From the NCBI RefSeq assembly GCF_964355755.1, contig NC_092675.1:23594912-23658911 (forward strand): a stretch of DNA of 64,000 nucleotides. The letters are read 5' to 3'. This DNA is from Antedon mediterranea. Lineage: Eukaryota > Animalia > Echinodermata. Positions within the stretch are counted from its first letter, which is position 1. Each line of letters starts with the position of its first letter. Below are positions 1-13,465 of the stretch, one piece after another. Under the pieces are notes generated by a model. That model searched no databases. It had not been told where the DNA came from and saw only the letters and a list, made by a program, of their open reading frames with translations. Position numbers and translations under genes: made by a program.

Positions 1-211
1 GTATAGCTGTCTGTATATTGATGATATTTTTATATGCTTTTCAAGCTGAAATTTTACATGCATTTTTAATCTGAAATTGTTGTGTACGGATTTTAACTGT
101 ATTTGTATCGTGTTTTTTTGTATGATCTGTTTACGGTACCGTATTGACTCATTTCATAGCCGGTAAGTTTCTTCTAGGAAGATTTTGACTTGATTAGATT
201 GTTGATTTATC

Positions 212-3200
212 ATGGCTACGTTTCGACATACCGGTTTGCCTACTCTATTAGTTATCCTGCTGGCGGTGATAACAAAATGGAATGCCAGGGATGTCCAGAG
301 AAATTCCAATGTTTTGCGTAAAAGCAGTCCGTTTAAGGAATTCTTCACTAGCCAACATGGAATCACAGCACTTAAATTATGTTCTACGTCATACTTTGAA
401 AAGGTATATCCACGCAAACACGGTCACGGAGGAAAAACTAAAACACGGGCAATACGACTTGGAGTTTTATTGAGACATTTTGCGTTTATGATTCTTGTTT
501 TAAGTGGAGATATATCGTCTAACCCTGGACCCACAACTTGTGATCCATGTGGGCTGTGTTCAGGATCTGTGAAATCAAATCAACGAGGTATCTGCTGCGA
601 TGGATGTGACTCATGGTACCACATTAAATGTGCGAATATCTCTATTAAAGAATACAATCGCCTTGCCAAATCGGATTCGGACTGGCATTGCTACTCATGT
701 ATGGTACCTAACTTCAGTGATTCATTATTTGAAGATGATACTATTAATATATCTGATGTTTCGTACACGGAGTTGTTAAATGCCAATTTGGAAAACGAGG
801 ATAGGCTGCTCAACGAGTTAGAATGTAAACTTCTTTGTGGTAAGGGTTTGATATTTATTCACCTTAACGTTAGAAGTTTACGTAACAAAATCGATCAAAT
901 TCGAGATATTGCAAAAAATACGAACGCATCAGTCATTGCAATAAGTGAGTCGTGGCTCGATGATTCAATCAATGATGCTGAAATAAAAATTGAAAATTTC
1001 TCCATAGAAAGGAACGACAGAAATGGAAAAGGGGGTGGAGTGTGTTTATATATACGCAATACTATTTCATACTCAGTCAGAAATGATTTAGACAGAGAGG
1101 ATATCGAATGCAAATGGATTGATATAATTTTGCCAAAGTCGAAGCCAATTTTAACCGGTGTTTGCTATCGCCCACCAAAACAAGGTACATTTTTTAACTG
1201 TTTAGAAAACCTGCTTATGACTGTTGGAAACTTCATTGCTCAAGAAATTATTATTCTTGGAGACTTTAAATGTTTTAAATTGTAATCGTAACAACTATGA
1301 GTCAGTGACTAACTTCTGTAATACTCTCGGTCTTGAACAACTTATCACTGAACCAACTAGGATCAGTGATAACAATAGCTCAGCAATAGATTTGATCTTT
1401 GCCAGTGATCCTTTAAAAATTAAGGCCAGTGGAGTAATTCCTATTGGACTAAGTGATCACTTTTTAACGTTTTGTAGACGAAAACGGACTAATATCATTT
1501 CTGGCATACACAGAACAATTGATGTTAGATCAATGAAAAATTACAGTTCTGATTCACTGACTCATATGCTTAATAGTATTGACTGGTCAGATTGTATTAG
1601 TTTAACTTGTGTTCAATCTTCATGGGATACATTTAAAGATAAGTTTCTGCGTATAATTGATTCTATTGCTCCTAAAAAAAAAGTTAGGGTTAAAGTAAAA
1701 GATCAACCATGGTTTGACTCCGAATTAAGAGATCTTATTAGGCAAAGAGACAAAATGTTAATTAGATATCGTAGTACAAAGGATGTGATGCATCTCAAGG
1801 GTTTTAGAAAACTCCGAAATAGTGTAAATTATAAAATTAAAAAAGCTAAAGTAAATTTTTATTCTGAACAACTTCAAGAAAATAAATACAAACCAAAACA
1901 ATTATGGAAAGTTCTTAAAGGTCTTGGAACCTCTAAATCAAATAATAATGACAAGAAACAGGTTAGTCTTGAGATCAACAATGAATATGTTCATGATAAG
2001 AAAGAAGTTGCTGAAGAGTTTAATTCGTACTTCACCAACGTTGCTGGAGAGCTAGTAAACAAACTTGACCCTCCTAGTAATACTTATAACTTGGAACATG
2101 TCAATGTCTTTTACAGTAGCAAAGGTGTCTTTCCTAATGATTTTTCTTTCATAGAATTATCTGAAGATAATGTTCTAAAACAATTATCGACGAGTAAAGC
2201 TACCGGAATAGATACTGTACCAGCCAAATTCTTCAAAGATGGGGCTTCTGCAATAGCAAAACCATTAACTCATATTATTAAGTTGTCCTTCACATCCGGT
2301 ATTGTACCCAAAGAATGGAAATTAGCGAGAGTCATCCCAATTCACAAGAAGGGTAGTAAAACGGTGGTAGGTAACTATCGTCCGGTGTCTATACTCTCGG
2401 CTTTTTCTAAAGTTGTTGAAAGACTAGTACATGACCAATTGATGGAATACCTTAATTCTAAATCACTTATCTATGATTTCCAATGTGGGTTCCGAGCAAA
2501 TTTTTCGACAGATCTTTGTTTAATTCACCTAACTGACCATATTAAAAAGAATTGGGATAAAGGTAATTTAACAGGTATGATAGTCTTAGACCTACAAAAG
2601 GCTTTCGATACTGTAGACCACCATATTTTACTAGGCAAAATGAGAGCATTAGGATTGTCCCAAACAGTAATAGTTTGGTTTAAATCATATTTAACAGATA
2701 GATGGCAGGTAGTTGATAATTGTGGTACTCTTTCAACGTGGAAAAAAATAACATGTGAGGTCCCTCAGGGGTCAATATTGGGCCCACTGTTGTTCTTAAT
2801 GTATGTGAATGATATGGAATCTGCATTGAGTAGTAAACTGCTCCTTTATGCCGATGATTCTGCTATAGTTGTATCTGATAAAAGTGTCGCCAATATACAA
2901 AATGTATTGTCAAAAGAATTAAAATCTATTAATTCTTGGTTATTAGATAATAGATTGTCATTGCATCTAGGCAAAACGTATTCAATTCTATTTGGATCTA
3001 AACGTAAACTCAGAAATCAACAAGAATTGAAAGTTACATGCAATGATTATTATACAAACCTACAGTAAGTTACCTAGGACTTGAACTCGATAACAATCTA
3101 ACTGGAGATTATATAGGTAAATCAGTTATAAAGAAAGTAAACTCAAGGGTAAAATTTTTATATAGAAATAGAAAGTACTTAACTTTCAGAGATCTTAAGT

Positions 3201-3890
3201 TACTAGCAAATAGTTTGGTGTTATGCCTTTATGATTACGCTTGTAGCGTGTGGTACTCTGGATTAAAAAAAACATTAAACGTTAAATTGCAAACTGCACA
3301 AAATAAGACAGTCAGATGTATTCTTGGTCTTGAACCAAGGGATCACATTGGGGCTAATAAATTAAACAAACTGAATTGGCTCCCAGTAGACTTAAGAGTT
3401 AAACAGATAAAACTTTGTCACATGTATCGTATTATTAATGGATTAAGCCCTACGTTTATGAATGATGGTATTAGTAGAGCAAATGTAATTCACCAGTACA
3501 ATACTAGATTTGCAACTCAATCAATTTATAGACCATATATAGGTAACCACTCCCAAACAACCTTTGTTAACACGGCAATAACGTCATGGAATCACCTGCC
3601 AACATTGATACAGTGTTCAGAAACCATCAATCAATTCAAAAGAAATATCAGAACACATCTCAAAAAGGTTATGCTTGAAAGATTATAATTTATATTAATA
3701 TTGTTACTACATGTGTTATTGTTTATTGTAAATGTTTATTCTTATGGTGTTTTTATCCTTAAGGGCCACAATGGAAATAAGTTTGACCTTTGGTTACTTT
3801 TTTGTGTTACCCTGAATTCATTCTTTTTTTTTTTTTATGTTGTTATTTTATGAATTCGAATAAAGAAATGAAAAGAAATGAAATGAAAAA
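212..3890 (+). mobile_element. CR1-group (CR1/L2/Crack-like) non-LTR retrotransposon, near full-length but frameshifted; antisense in an intron of the minus-strand SHFRG gene
   Basis: ORFs 212-1285, 1224-3068 and ~3062-3688 join into 2A-like motif + PHD finger (CGLC..CDGCDSWYHIKC..WHCYSC) + APE endonuclease (HLNVRSL, ISESWL, DRNGKGGGVC, YRPP, ILGDF, SDH) + RT (NYRPVS, DLQKAFDTVDH, PQGSILGPLLF, YADD, YLG). Frameshifts near 1268 and 3060. 3' end is AATAAA followed by a (GAAAT)n tail at ~3859-3890. Confidence 0.93.
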
Positions 3891-4109
3891 TTGTTATTTT
3901 ACAACCTCTGTCTCTACAAAATCAAAAAAAGTTGATGTGTCCATATATGGACACGATTACGTCATATCACTACCATATTTGTGCTCATCACATGTTTTTG
4001 TAATTTTCACTCTGAAAGTAACGAAACCAGCAATGTGATGAATACCTTAGTGGAATAAAGGAAACAATAAAGTATTATAGATTGTGTATATTGTGAAGTT
4101 TTTACTCAC

Positions 4110-7100
4110 CCAGTTGTACTTTCTGCCGTATAACAAATTATGTTTTCGCCGATTTGGTTCGCACTAGGAGTCCATGTAAGATTCACAGAAAATAAATCAC
4201 CATCGATCTGAACTAGTTTAGATTTATGGAACCCCAACGGTGAGACAGTCATAATATCTGATATTCTGTAATTGCAGATACAATATTAGTTTAGACCTAC
4301 TTCAAATAATAAACAGTTTTATATACGATTGTATTGTGTTCAATATATAGCAAGTTAAATGATTGAAATAAAGAAAGATGGTTATTTGTTTAAGCCTAGT
4401 CTACATTTGCAAAGTTTAGTTTTTGGTAAAGCTTCCAGACAATTGGCAACAACTTGACAAACTTCAGACTTCGGTAAATTGTGTAGACAAAGACTTCTCC
4501 AGAGTTTTCAAACAAAAGTTTGTCAAAGTTGTCTGTGGTAGAATAGGCTTACAGTATTATTATTCTTTATATCTTGTTGCTAACATGTTTGTCTTTTTTA
4601 AAATTCAGAATATAAACATTTTTTCAAACATCCTTCAAGTTCTGGAATAGAATATTTGGCAAAACTTTAGGGATTACGCAAAAGGAACAAAAACACCATG
4701 CGGTATTATTCATAATGTTAAAGAAGCAGGATGGAAAACAGTATATCAACAACAAAAATATTATATTCTTACCCGTTTGCACTTCGTGCTACAATGCTTT
4801 GAATGTATGTTTCATTTTCTGAAACTCCAACACACGACCCGTCTGTAGGCGTTGGGTAGACAAATTCTGGGGCGGCATCACACTGACCTTGATTGACGAA
4901 AACATTTACCAGAAACTGTAGAGGTATCTTGCTCAGCGGTGTTGTTGACGATTGATTCCCAAAATCCTCGATCATCAGAGCCACAGCATACCAACCCGTA
5001 GTATACACAGCGTTATAACTGAGTGTACACGTCTCCTATAAATTAACAATTATTTTATCAACACAGTATTTTGGGCCGGGATTTTTTACGAATACGTATT
5101 ACCCAGTTCCATTGATCTTAAGCGTTAGTGTGCAAATTATCTGCACGACAAAATACTCTATGATCTGTTAGTATGCACATACCTTCAGATACATTAAAAT
5201 TTATGTCATCCTACACAAGAATTGAACTCACAAGTTATAAAATCAACTACCGATTCCCGATTGTTGATATAACCGTGTACAGTTATTTTCCGTCTTTGTT
5301 CATATCCATACATTATTATTTATTTATTTACAATTGAACACACTGTACCCCAGATATGTTTCATTGATATGTATGCATTTTGAATTAAAATTGTTCTATA
5401 ATTAACTTACCTCGTTTAATGCAGCATTTGGAAATCCGTTGCAAACAGAATCACATTCTGAAGAACCTGCAGCCCATCGACATCGTACCATATCGCCGTC
5501 TGGATCATTTACTTTTTAAAAACCAATAAATGTAATATGTTTCCAATTTAATGACATCATAACATACTGTCCACATTAGACGTAAACAAATGAATAATTA
5601 GAGTAATATATCAAGAATCAATGATGGCGTCTATATTGGGTGGGGGAGTACTGTAGTCCTATCTTTGAATACAACTGTAAGTCGGGGAGGCGAGGCTAAT
5701 CATGTCTATTCATCAACTACTACTGGCGTACGATATAACTCCATTAAAGTAGGCTATACTTTTCTCTCTCTAAAAATAATGTGGGAATGTGCGTTTTTGT
5801 GGAATAAGAATACCCGCCGATGAAAAAATAATTATGTTACTCAATTATGTTACTACAAATTCATTATATAAATGTCACAACAGGATAGGTAATACCTTAA
5901 CGAATGCATTATCAATACACTAAAGGTAACTTAAATGTGCAAAACATTTTATTATACAGATTTAAAATAATTAAAAATCAAAGCAAAAGCTTACCAGGTA
6001 TGGTGAATGTATGGGAGCAACCATGTTGAAGGCGAACAATGGGAGTTACCGACGAAACTGGAGATGAATTGGGCCTTCCAGTATCTTGCCTTACCGTCAG
6101 ATCAACACTCATTGGAAGTGCCCAATTACCATTACTACCAATATGTAGGCCCCCAATCCAGTTACCACCTGTAAACCTTTAAAATACAAATTGCATGATA
6201 TTGACTGGAAAAGTATTGAATCATCATTTTCGAAATAAAAAATCATACACATGAAATTGGTGAAAACGAATTAAGGCTAGATAATTAAAACCAGTAATAA
6301 CTTACGGTACATAATTATGATTTTCAACATACCGTATACCGTATTTATTATTCGCCAAAATAAACGCCCGCAATAAATACGGTATTATATTATGGTTTTT
6401 GTTGATTTTTGGTTTTATTTCTCTTTCCCTTTCTTTTAACTAATAATTTTTGTTTTCATTATTTAATTTAATTAATTATTTATAAATTCTATTTATTTTG
6501 AATGTTATATTTAATTGTTGTCAACTGCAGTTATTTTTTCATGTAATTGTTCCTGTCAAATTGTATTGCACTTTTGCATTGCAAGGCAAAATTATATTAA
6601 ATGTTTGACTTACGACATGACAAATGTCTTGTTTCCTGAAGAACTGAATAAGACAGACCTAACACCAGTCGTCCAATCTTCAGTTGTGCTAAAATCGGTA
6701 CAATAGAAGCTCAGACTAACACTTCCAGAACATCCATTGGTGCAACTTAGTGATCCTCCTCCCAGTAACTGTTGATTTGCTATTGTAGTCTCATTACAAT
6801 ATTGGGAACTTCTTCGCCAAGATATCCTCCATGAAATTTCAATCTAAAGTAATTAACTGAGGTACTAATAATTACAATAGAACGTGTAAACGGTTATTTG
6901 ATATGTAAGAAAGGCTACATACTTCTTTGGCTAAAAGCATGGCAGTACAGAAAGGTGTAAAACGAAAATCACACTGTAAAGTATTTCTTTCTCAAATTAA
7001 ATTTACAGTGTAAATAAAAATCAAAGTAATAGGTAGATTTTAACAAATCCATGATAAAAGAGGCAAATCAAAGTAGAGCAGAAATAAGATGGAAAGAGAC

Positions 7101-7705
7101 CCAGCTATCTCAATTAAATGTTTATAAAGTGCAAAGAGCCTAATGATACGCAATTGCAAAAATCATCATCATACACAAAAAAATGTGTAATTTCAATATA
7201 CACTTCTCCGTAATAGTGATACAGATGTATTGACCTTTAAGCTTAATTTGAATTTTTTTGAGAAAGTAAAGTTTCTAGATTGAACCAGTAGAGTTTACCC
7301 GTCGTGTTCCGGATGGTATTAGTAAATGAAATAGCTGAGGCGTCAGAATAAAACTCCGTTGTACAATATGTAAATATTTTAAAAAATTGCCTCTTTCTTT
7401 CACCCGAGAAACCTGATTCAGTCTGTCAGAGAAGATAGATTAGAATGTATATTTATGTGCATGTATTACAATGTAATAATAACAAACAAAGATCTCATAA
7501 TTCGACATTAAGCTGTGGAAGTGGAAAAAAGTTTAGAACTTTTACAATAAAACTGTTCTATATTCACATAATAATGAACTCTAACCTGATTTGGTAGTGA
7601 AGTGGGTTTCCATGTAAAAATTGCACCTCGAAAATGAGACGAGTATCCAAAGTGAAATACTCCGATGAACACCAACAACCCGTAAGAAGCAAATTGACTC
7701 ATCAT
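4110..7705 (-). CDS. Secreted/surface Cys-rich 'SHFRG' family protein (Sib/'integrin beta-like' type); 5' six coding exons, continues past the window start
   Basis: Phase-consistent GT-AG exons: 7705-7586 (MMSQFASYGLLVFIGVFHFGYS-SHFRGAIFTWKP, signal peptide), 6843-6614 (ISWRR..YCTDFSTTEDW), 6176-5995 (RQDTGRPNSSPV), 5511-5411 (DPDGDMVRCRWA..EC..VC), 5035-4773 (YAVALMIEDF..PLSKIPLQF), 4265-4110 (TWTP..QIGENIICYTA). The family name is from motif memory. Confidence 0.85.
4394..4548. mobile_element. Short MITE (PIF/Harbinger-like)
   Basis: Inverted termini GCCTAGTCTAC / GTAGAATAGGC flanked by TAA and TTA. Confidence 0.5.
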
Positions 7706-7761
7706 TCCGTGTTCTTGCTTCAAGACTTTGGTTTGATTTGGGTAAAGCTTCAAATTCAGAG

Positions 7762-7770
7762 CTATTTATA
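7762..7770 (-). promoter_or_regulatory. Probable TATA box of the SHFRG gene
   Basis: TATAAATAG on the minus strand, ~60 bp upstream of the ATG at 7705. Confidence 0.5.
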
Positions 7771-10700
7771 CTGCTTCCAGTGAGTTTGAACTTTTGTAAC
7801 AGAAGTCTATTATGGTGCTGTTTGAACTTGCAACTTTAGCAGTGTAAATTAGTACGGTTAAATGAATGTCAACAGATTTCTGCAACACCATTAGTTTCCT
7901 CTTAGGACCATGGCAGACAGTGCCTAACTCTTTCAACTCATTTCAACTGAACCTTAGTGATAAAGTAAACACTGTTTGTCATGCATACATTGTTCTGTAC
8001 TATTGTCATTATAACTATCGTTATATCTTTTTGACCAATCACAGGCGATGGATTATTCGAACAATTGCTTCTCATTGGTCAACTCGCTTGTTCTTGCGTT
8101 TCGTCTCTAGTGAAAACCATGCTTTACAAATAATCCGGATTGAATTTAGGAGTAAGTGAGTGATCACAATCAGTTCAATCGTCACAGACAAATTCTATAG
8201 GCCTAATGTTTGTTTTTTATAACTGTTTAAACTTTACTTTTCACAAACACATAATTGTTGGGGAAGGTGCCAACAGTTCATTAAAACCTTAGGCCTAATT
8301 TAATTCACTCCTTTATTAATAAAAGTAAATATGACTGTGTATACAATCTAAGGATAGCGTGCTAGATTGATTTGGATTTTTGGATCATATTTCCTGTCAT
8401 AATAACAGATGATATTGTTAAATTGTAAAATGAAAATTCATTATTCAACTTATTTTACAAAAAGAACAAATAAAAATTTAAAAAAAAGCTTCTCTTGTCT
8501 AAGAATTTGACTTATAAAGTATAATTTTACTTGATTATTTAACAGACACTAGATAGTTAAATGAATAATAGCACATAATGTTATCAAAGTAGACTTAATT
8601 TTAGTACTTAATTGGGATAATCTTGTAATGATATCTAAAAGTTACCAGGATAAACTCAATTCTTTGTTTTTGTCCAATCACAAACGAGCCAACTACTGTA
8701 TCAACTTTCCAGGCTGGTGTTACCATTGCAATGTTTTCTGGAAGTCTCCACACGCTAATGGGTTGCCTCTCTTTGCCATGTGTTGGTTGTTTTGATCTCT
8801 TTTAGACGCATTGTTGATTAAATTACCAATTTTCATTATGATTAATTTTGTTACATTATCTTTAACATCTTCATATATAAAAATTTAACAGGTAGGCCTA
8901 CAGGAACCTGTCTCGTAACAAGAAGAAATCTCCCATGGAAAATAATAAGGGGAAAGGAATTGTGTTGCAGAAAATCTCTTGACATTCATTAAACTTTACT
9001 AATTTTTACACTTCTAAAGTGCTAGATTGTAGTTTTAAAACTGTGGTCCTAGAATGATTGTTTGCCCATTGTTGGATGCGTTCAAGCATATTATATTCAA
9101 ACTGAGTGAGACCAGAATGCTACCCAGGGGCAGCGTATTCAATAATAGATCTGAGATATAACCATTATTAATAGTAAATGGAATAGTAATACATCACAAA
9201 TATACTTGGTGTTTTATATAACACCATTTATTTACATAGAAAAAGTTGTAGTGTGTATCATGTCTTATTTATAGTTCTAGTATTACAGACGGACAGTGGT
9301 GTCTTTTTATCTATCGAGACTTGACTCTTATTTAATATGTACAGAGTAGGACGTTGGTCTGACAGTATATAACACCTATAAATGTATCTATGATTGATAT
9401 AATTCGTATCGCATTCCTTTGGTTACTTTTATTTCTATACAGTAAAATTGAAGGAAGGAAAGATACACTTTCTGTAAATAATAATGTAAAAATGTATGGC
9501 AAACCCAATGGAAAGAGCGACTAAAAACCAACATGTAGTTGGTCATGAGTCTTATGTCTATATTAACTGTTCTGCTTGTCGGCCACAATTATAGCAGCAA
9601 CACTGTTATAATGCTGTATTTGATATAACATTACTGCCAGCTAGTAAAGCTTGTGTCTTATTAATAGATGAAGTAGAAAGAAAAAGGCATAGCCTAGTGA
9701 TATTAAACAAAACATAGGCCTAATAAAAAGCAAACTATTAGCCACAAATTGAAGTTTCCTGGAATGTTTAGGCGTGTAATGTATCATGCAACAACTAGTT
9801 TATTTTCATTATTGTCAAACCAATATGTCCATACGCGATCGAATGTATCTGGACATTTAATTTATTAAAAAAAAAGTTTCTTATAGCTAAGTGAATATTT
9901 ATTTGGTGACCGGAGGTGCTAAAAAAAAACTATATGAAAATACGGACCTGTATGCCAGATTAATATCCAGTTTTAAACGATACTGGTGTCATTTAGAAAA
10001 TTGCGCGTGTTTATTCAGCCTCTTTAGCTACTACGTGTTTTAAGATTATCAAGCAAGTTTCAAACTCCCTATATATGGACAGGAGAGTCAGCAAAAGGTA
10101 AGACATTAGGTTTAGTTTAGTCATTAACCTTTTTCGGACCTAGGCCCTCATCCAAAAATTCCTGGATCCGCCATTATGTAGGCCTACCGTTGAACTCATG
10201 TAATTGTAAGCTATTTCCTATTTGAAATTTGGTATTTAAGTTGAAAGCTTTTTCTCAAGAAAAGTTTTATAATTTGATCCGAACAAACGTTCACCTTTCA
10301 TAAATGATGCGACAAATTCACAAAGAGTAAAAAAACAGCATTATGTAAGTTATATAAACAATAGTAGGCCTACACAATTTATCCGGGAATTGAGGTACCT
10401 CTATTATTAAAGGAAACTTTTGCGTGCTTCGATGATGCCGTGAAAAATCAAACACAAAACAAGATGTAAAAAAGCAAACATACGTACAGTAATACTAGAA
10501 AATGTAAATACAATTTGATAACCTATTGTAAATAGAGAGATATTTGATGTTAGATTGTGCTATATTTAAAATGTAGGTCTTCAACCAATGAACTCGTTAA
10601 GAAATGTAATATGACTATAGGCCTATAGCGATATTTTGTTTATAGGTTTTAGAGTCTCAAAATTAAATTATGTAAGTGTTACAAAAAGGCACGCAGATTC

Positions 10701-11209
10701 TTCGACGACAATAGGCCCTAGGCCGTTTTTCCGTACGTTTTTGTTACTTTGTAAAATTACGATTTCCTTATTTGTTTTCAATTTTCATTTAAAGCGGTGA
10801 TTGCCTTTTATAGAAATGTTATTCAAAGTGCAATGCCTTCAAGTCATAACCCTACTGCTGTTATCTGAACACTACGAGTTTTATATATACATATCGGTAT
10901 CTTTATTTCCATAAAAAAAAAATACAATACAATAGGCCTATAAAAAATATAAATGCCACGGTCACCATAAAAGTTGAATTGGGGCACCCACACAATTTGT
11001 TAAAGATGTATTATCCTCCCAAAAAATTAAAATGACAGATTAATTAAACCAGACTTTGAATATGTTATCTTGTAGTTTTAATAAAGTTAATCACTTCCGT
11101 AGAAAAATTAACCGATAAAAAAATAATAATGTTTTAACATATAAAACTTATTGGCAAAATGAATGGTTATATTCAACCAAAACCCATTGGCTGGCAGTCA
11201 ATTTGACCA

Positions 11210-11358
11210 TTTTTAGTCGCGTAGACGCGACTCTATAGTTCACTATGTCGGTCGGTCTGTCTGTCTGTCTGTATGTCGGTATGTCGGTCTGTCGGTCTGT
11301 CTGTCGGTTCGGTATCACTATGCGTTTTAGCACGCGACTTATGGCTGTTGGCTTTGTT
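11210..11358 (+). mobile_element. DINE-1/HINE-like non-autonomous Helentron element
   Basis: T-run start, sub-terminal inverted repeat AGTCGCGT..ACGCGACT, (GTCG/GTCT)n microsatellite, second ACGCGACT near the 3' end, degenerate hairpin, ends TTGTT. Confidence 0.65.
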
Positions 11359-11893
11359 CCCCTTTAAATTACAGCTTTTTCAGGTAAATACATTTTTTTA
11401 ATCCAGTTTTTGGTAGAAGTTGATAATTATTATGTTAAAATGGCATATTAATAAATAAATAATATAATAGATTGATCATGTTGTTGATTTATTGCATAGC
11501 GCCGCGAACGACCATATAAAATAATTGCAATAATTATAACAACAACTAAACAACTGAGCTGTTTTTTTAGGCAGCCTCCATTTTGATCCTTGCTAAGTCG
11601 TAAAATCTCAAGTTATGATCTGGGTTTGAGTAAGTTTTTCTCTCCATGTTCCTATTTTCTGTTTCTGACTATAAACTTGTGATAAATGATTAAGTCAGGA
11701 TTATAACATAAGGCATAACCTAGGTGTAGGCCCTACTGTACAGGCCTACCCGCAGTTATGCATACAGGCCCAGCCAGGCAGGGACGATTCTGTCCGAGAC
11801 GTTTCGCCCCATGAAAGGGTACAAATAAATATAAACGATTGGATAGATAGACGGATAATTGTCCTTTTTTTAGTTTAATTAGTAGGCATAGGC

Positions 11894-12825
11894 CTGTCAC
11901 GATAAATATGGTCCGGGGCCAAAATCGGTCCGGCCGGACCAGTTTTGGCTCTAAAATTTTGGCCAAAAGCAGTCCGCCACTGCCTAAATCGGTCCGGGCT
12001 TTTCTTCTGTCGATTTTAATTGAATTACTAGGCCTATGATGCTGTTTTAAGTTGTTTATGGCTAGAAAAATATCCCATGATATATGTTAGTAAGTTATCT
12101 TGTCGGATAAATACTATAAATAAATGTATTTTATCTACAAACATGACTTAGGTGTTCACTCATATTTCGGCCTGCCACACACTCACATGAACGGGTATGA
12201 GATGCTGATATTGCCAGCTAGATTTTATTTATGATTGAGGCTTTTTTCCTTCCTCAGCCTAATCAATATTGGATAATTGTTTTATAATAATTGTATTGAA
12301 TTTATATAGTGATTGATTAACCATAAATAGTTAATAATAATAATATTTAATAATTAAATTGTTTTTACTGTAACATCATGGGGAAACGAAGATGTTAAAA
12401 AAGAACAAAATAGATTAAAAACAGGCAGAGATACATATTGTATACAAAAAGCCTAACAATTAGTACTAATTATTGATGAGTTACTACTACTAATGATAAT
12501 AAAAAAAACAGGCTTAATTTATAATATTAAAATAACAAATAAAACCGTAGTTTTCAATATAATGACTAATCATGGCCTTTTTTTAATGATATATACATTA
12601 TGACTCATTTTGCGCACCATATATTTGTAAGACCGGACCATATTTGGCGGCCAAAAACAGTCCTACTACCCGGACCGATTTTATCCTGGCCGGACCAGTT
12701 TTGGCGGCCAAAATTGGTCCGGCCGGACAGGTTTTGGCAGCCATAAATGGTCCCCCGGACTGATTTTGGCAGCCAAAACTGGTCCGCCGGACCGATTTTG
12801 GCCCGGACTGATTTTGGTGTGACAG
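11894..12825. mobile_element. Non-autonomous DNA transposon with subterminal repeats (EnSpm/CACTA-like)
   Basis: Termini CTGTCAC..GTGACAG; many GGTCCG/CGGACC-TTTTGGC subterminal repeats at both ends; 2-bp duplication GC (removal restores TAGGCCTA). Confidence 0.7.
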
Positions 12826-13465
12826 GCCTATAGACATTGGAAATCCGATTTTGAAATCATCTATACTCATCATGCAAGTTTATTTTTTTTATATAGAATA
12901 GGCATATGCATAGCCTAGCCCTAGTAGGCTAGTTATTTAAGCCTAAGCCTATATTTAGTTTTATTTTACTTGATGACGATAACACAAACAATGTACAATT
13001 GAAGAAATTAAATGTTTATGAATAATGTAAAATAGGCGAAATTGAGTTTTAGTTAAACTAAATACATTCATATTTATTTTAATTGTTAATTTATATAAAT
13101 AAATATGGTAGTAGTATACAGTATATATAGTACATTTGTGTCATATCAAGTTTAAATAATATGTTTTAATATTAATAACTATTTTTTGAAAACTTGATAA
13201 AGATAACACAAATGTTATTATCAATTGATCTGAATTTGGACATTACGTGGTGAGTTGTTTCAGCCTAATTTTGGACATACAGTATTGCTGGATATCATTT
13301 AAAAATCTTTTTTTTTAATGCAGACATCAAAGCCACCAAACTTGATTGTTAAATCAACATTCTGACAATGTCAGCGGCTGACATAACATTACACTGTGAT
13401 GCGCCCAACTATATTTCTATCATCTGCGAGCATTTAAATTGACTGTGAATACATACAGTATTAGA

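Noticed and set aside
12598-12873. 91-aa ORF with GP..AAK repeats (and ORF 11733-11966)
   Set aside because: Translation of transposon subterminal repeats.
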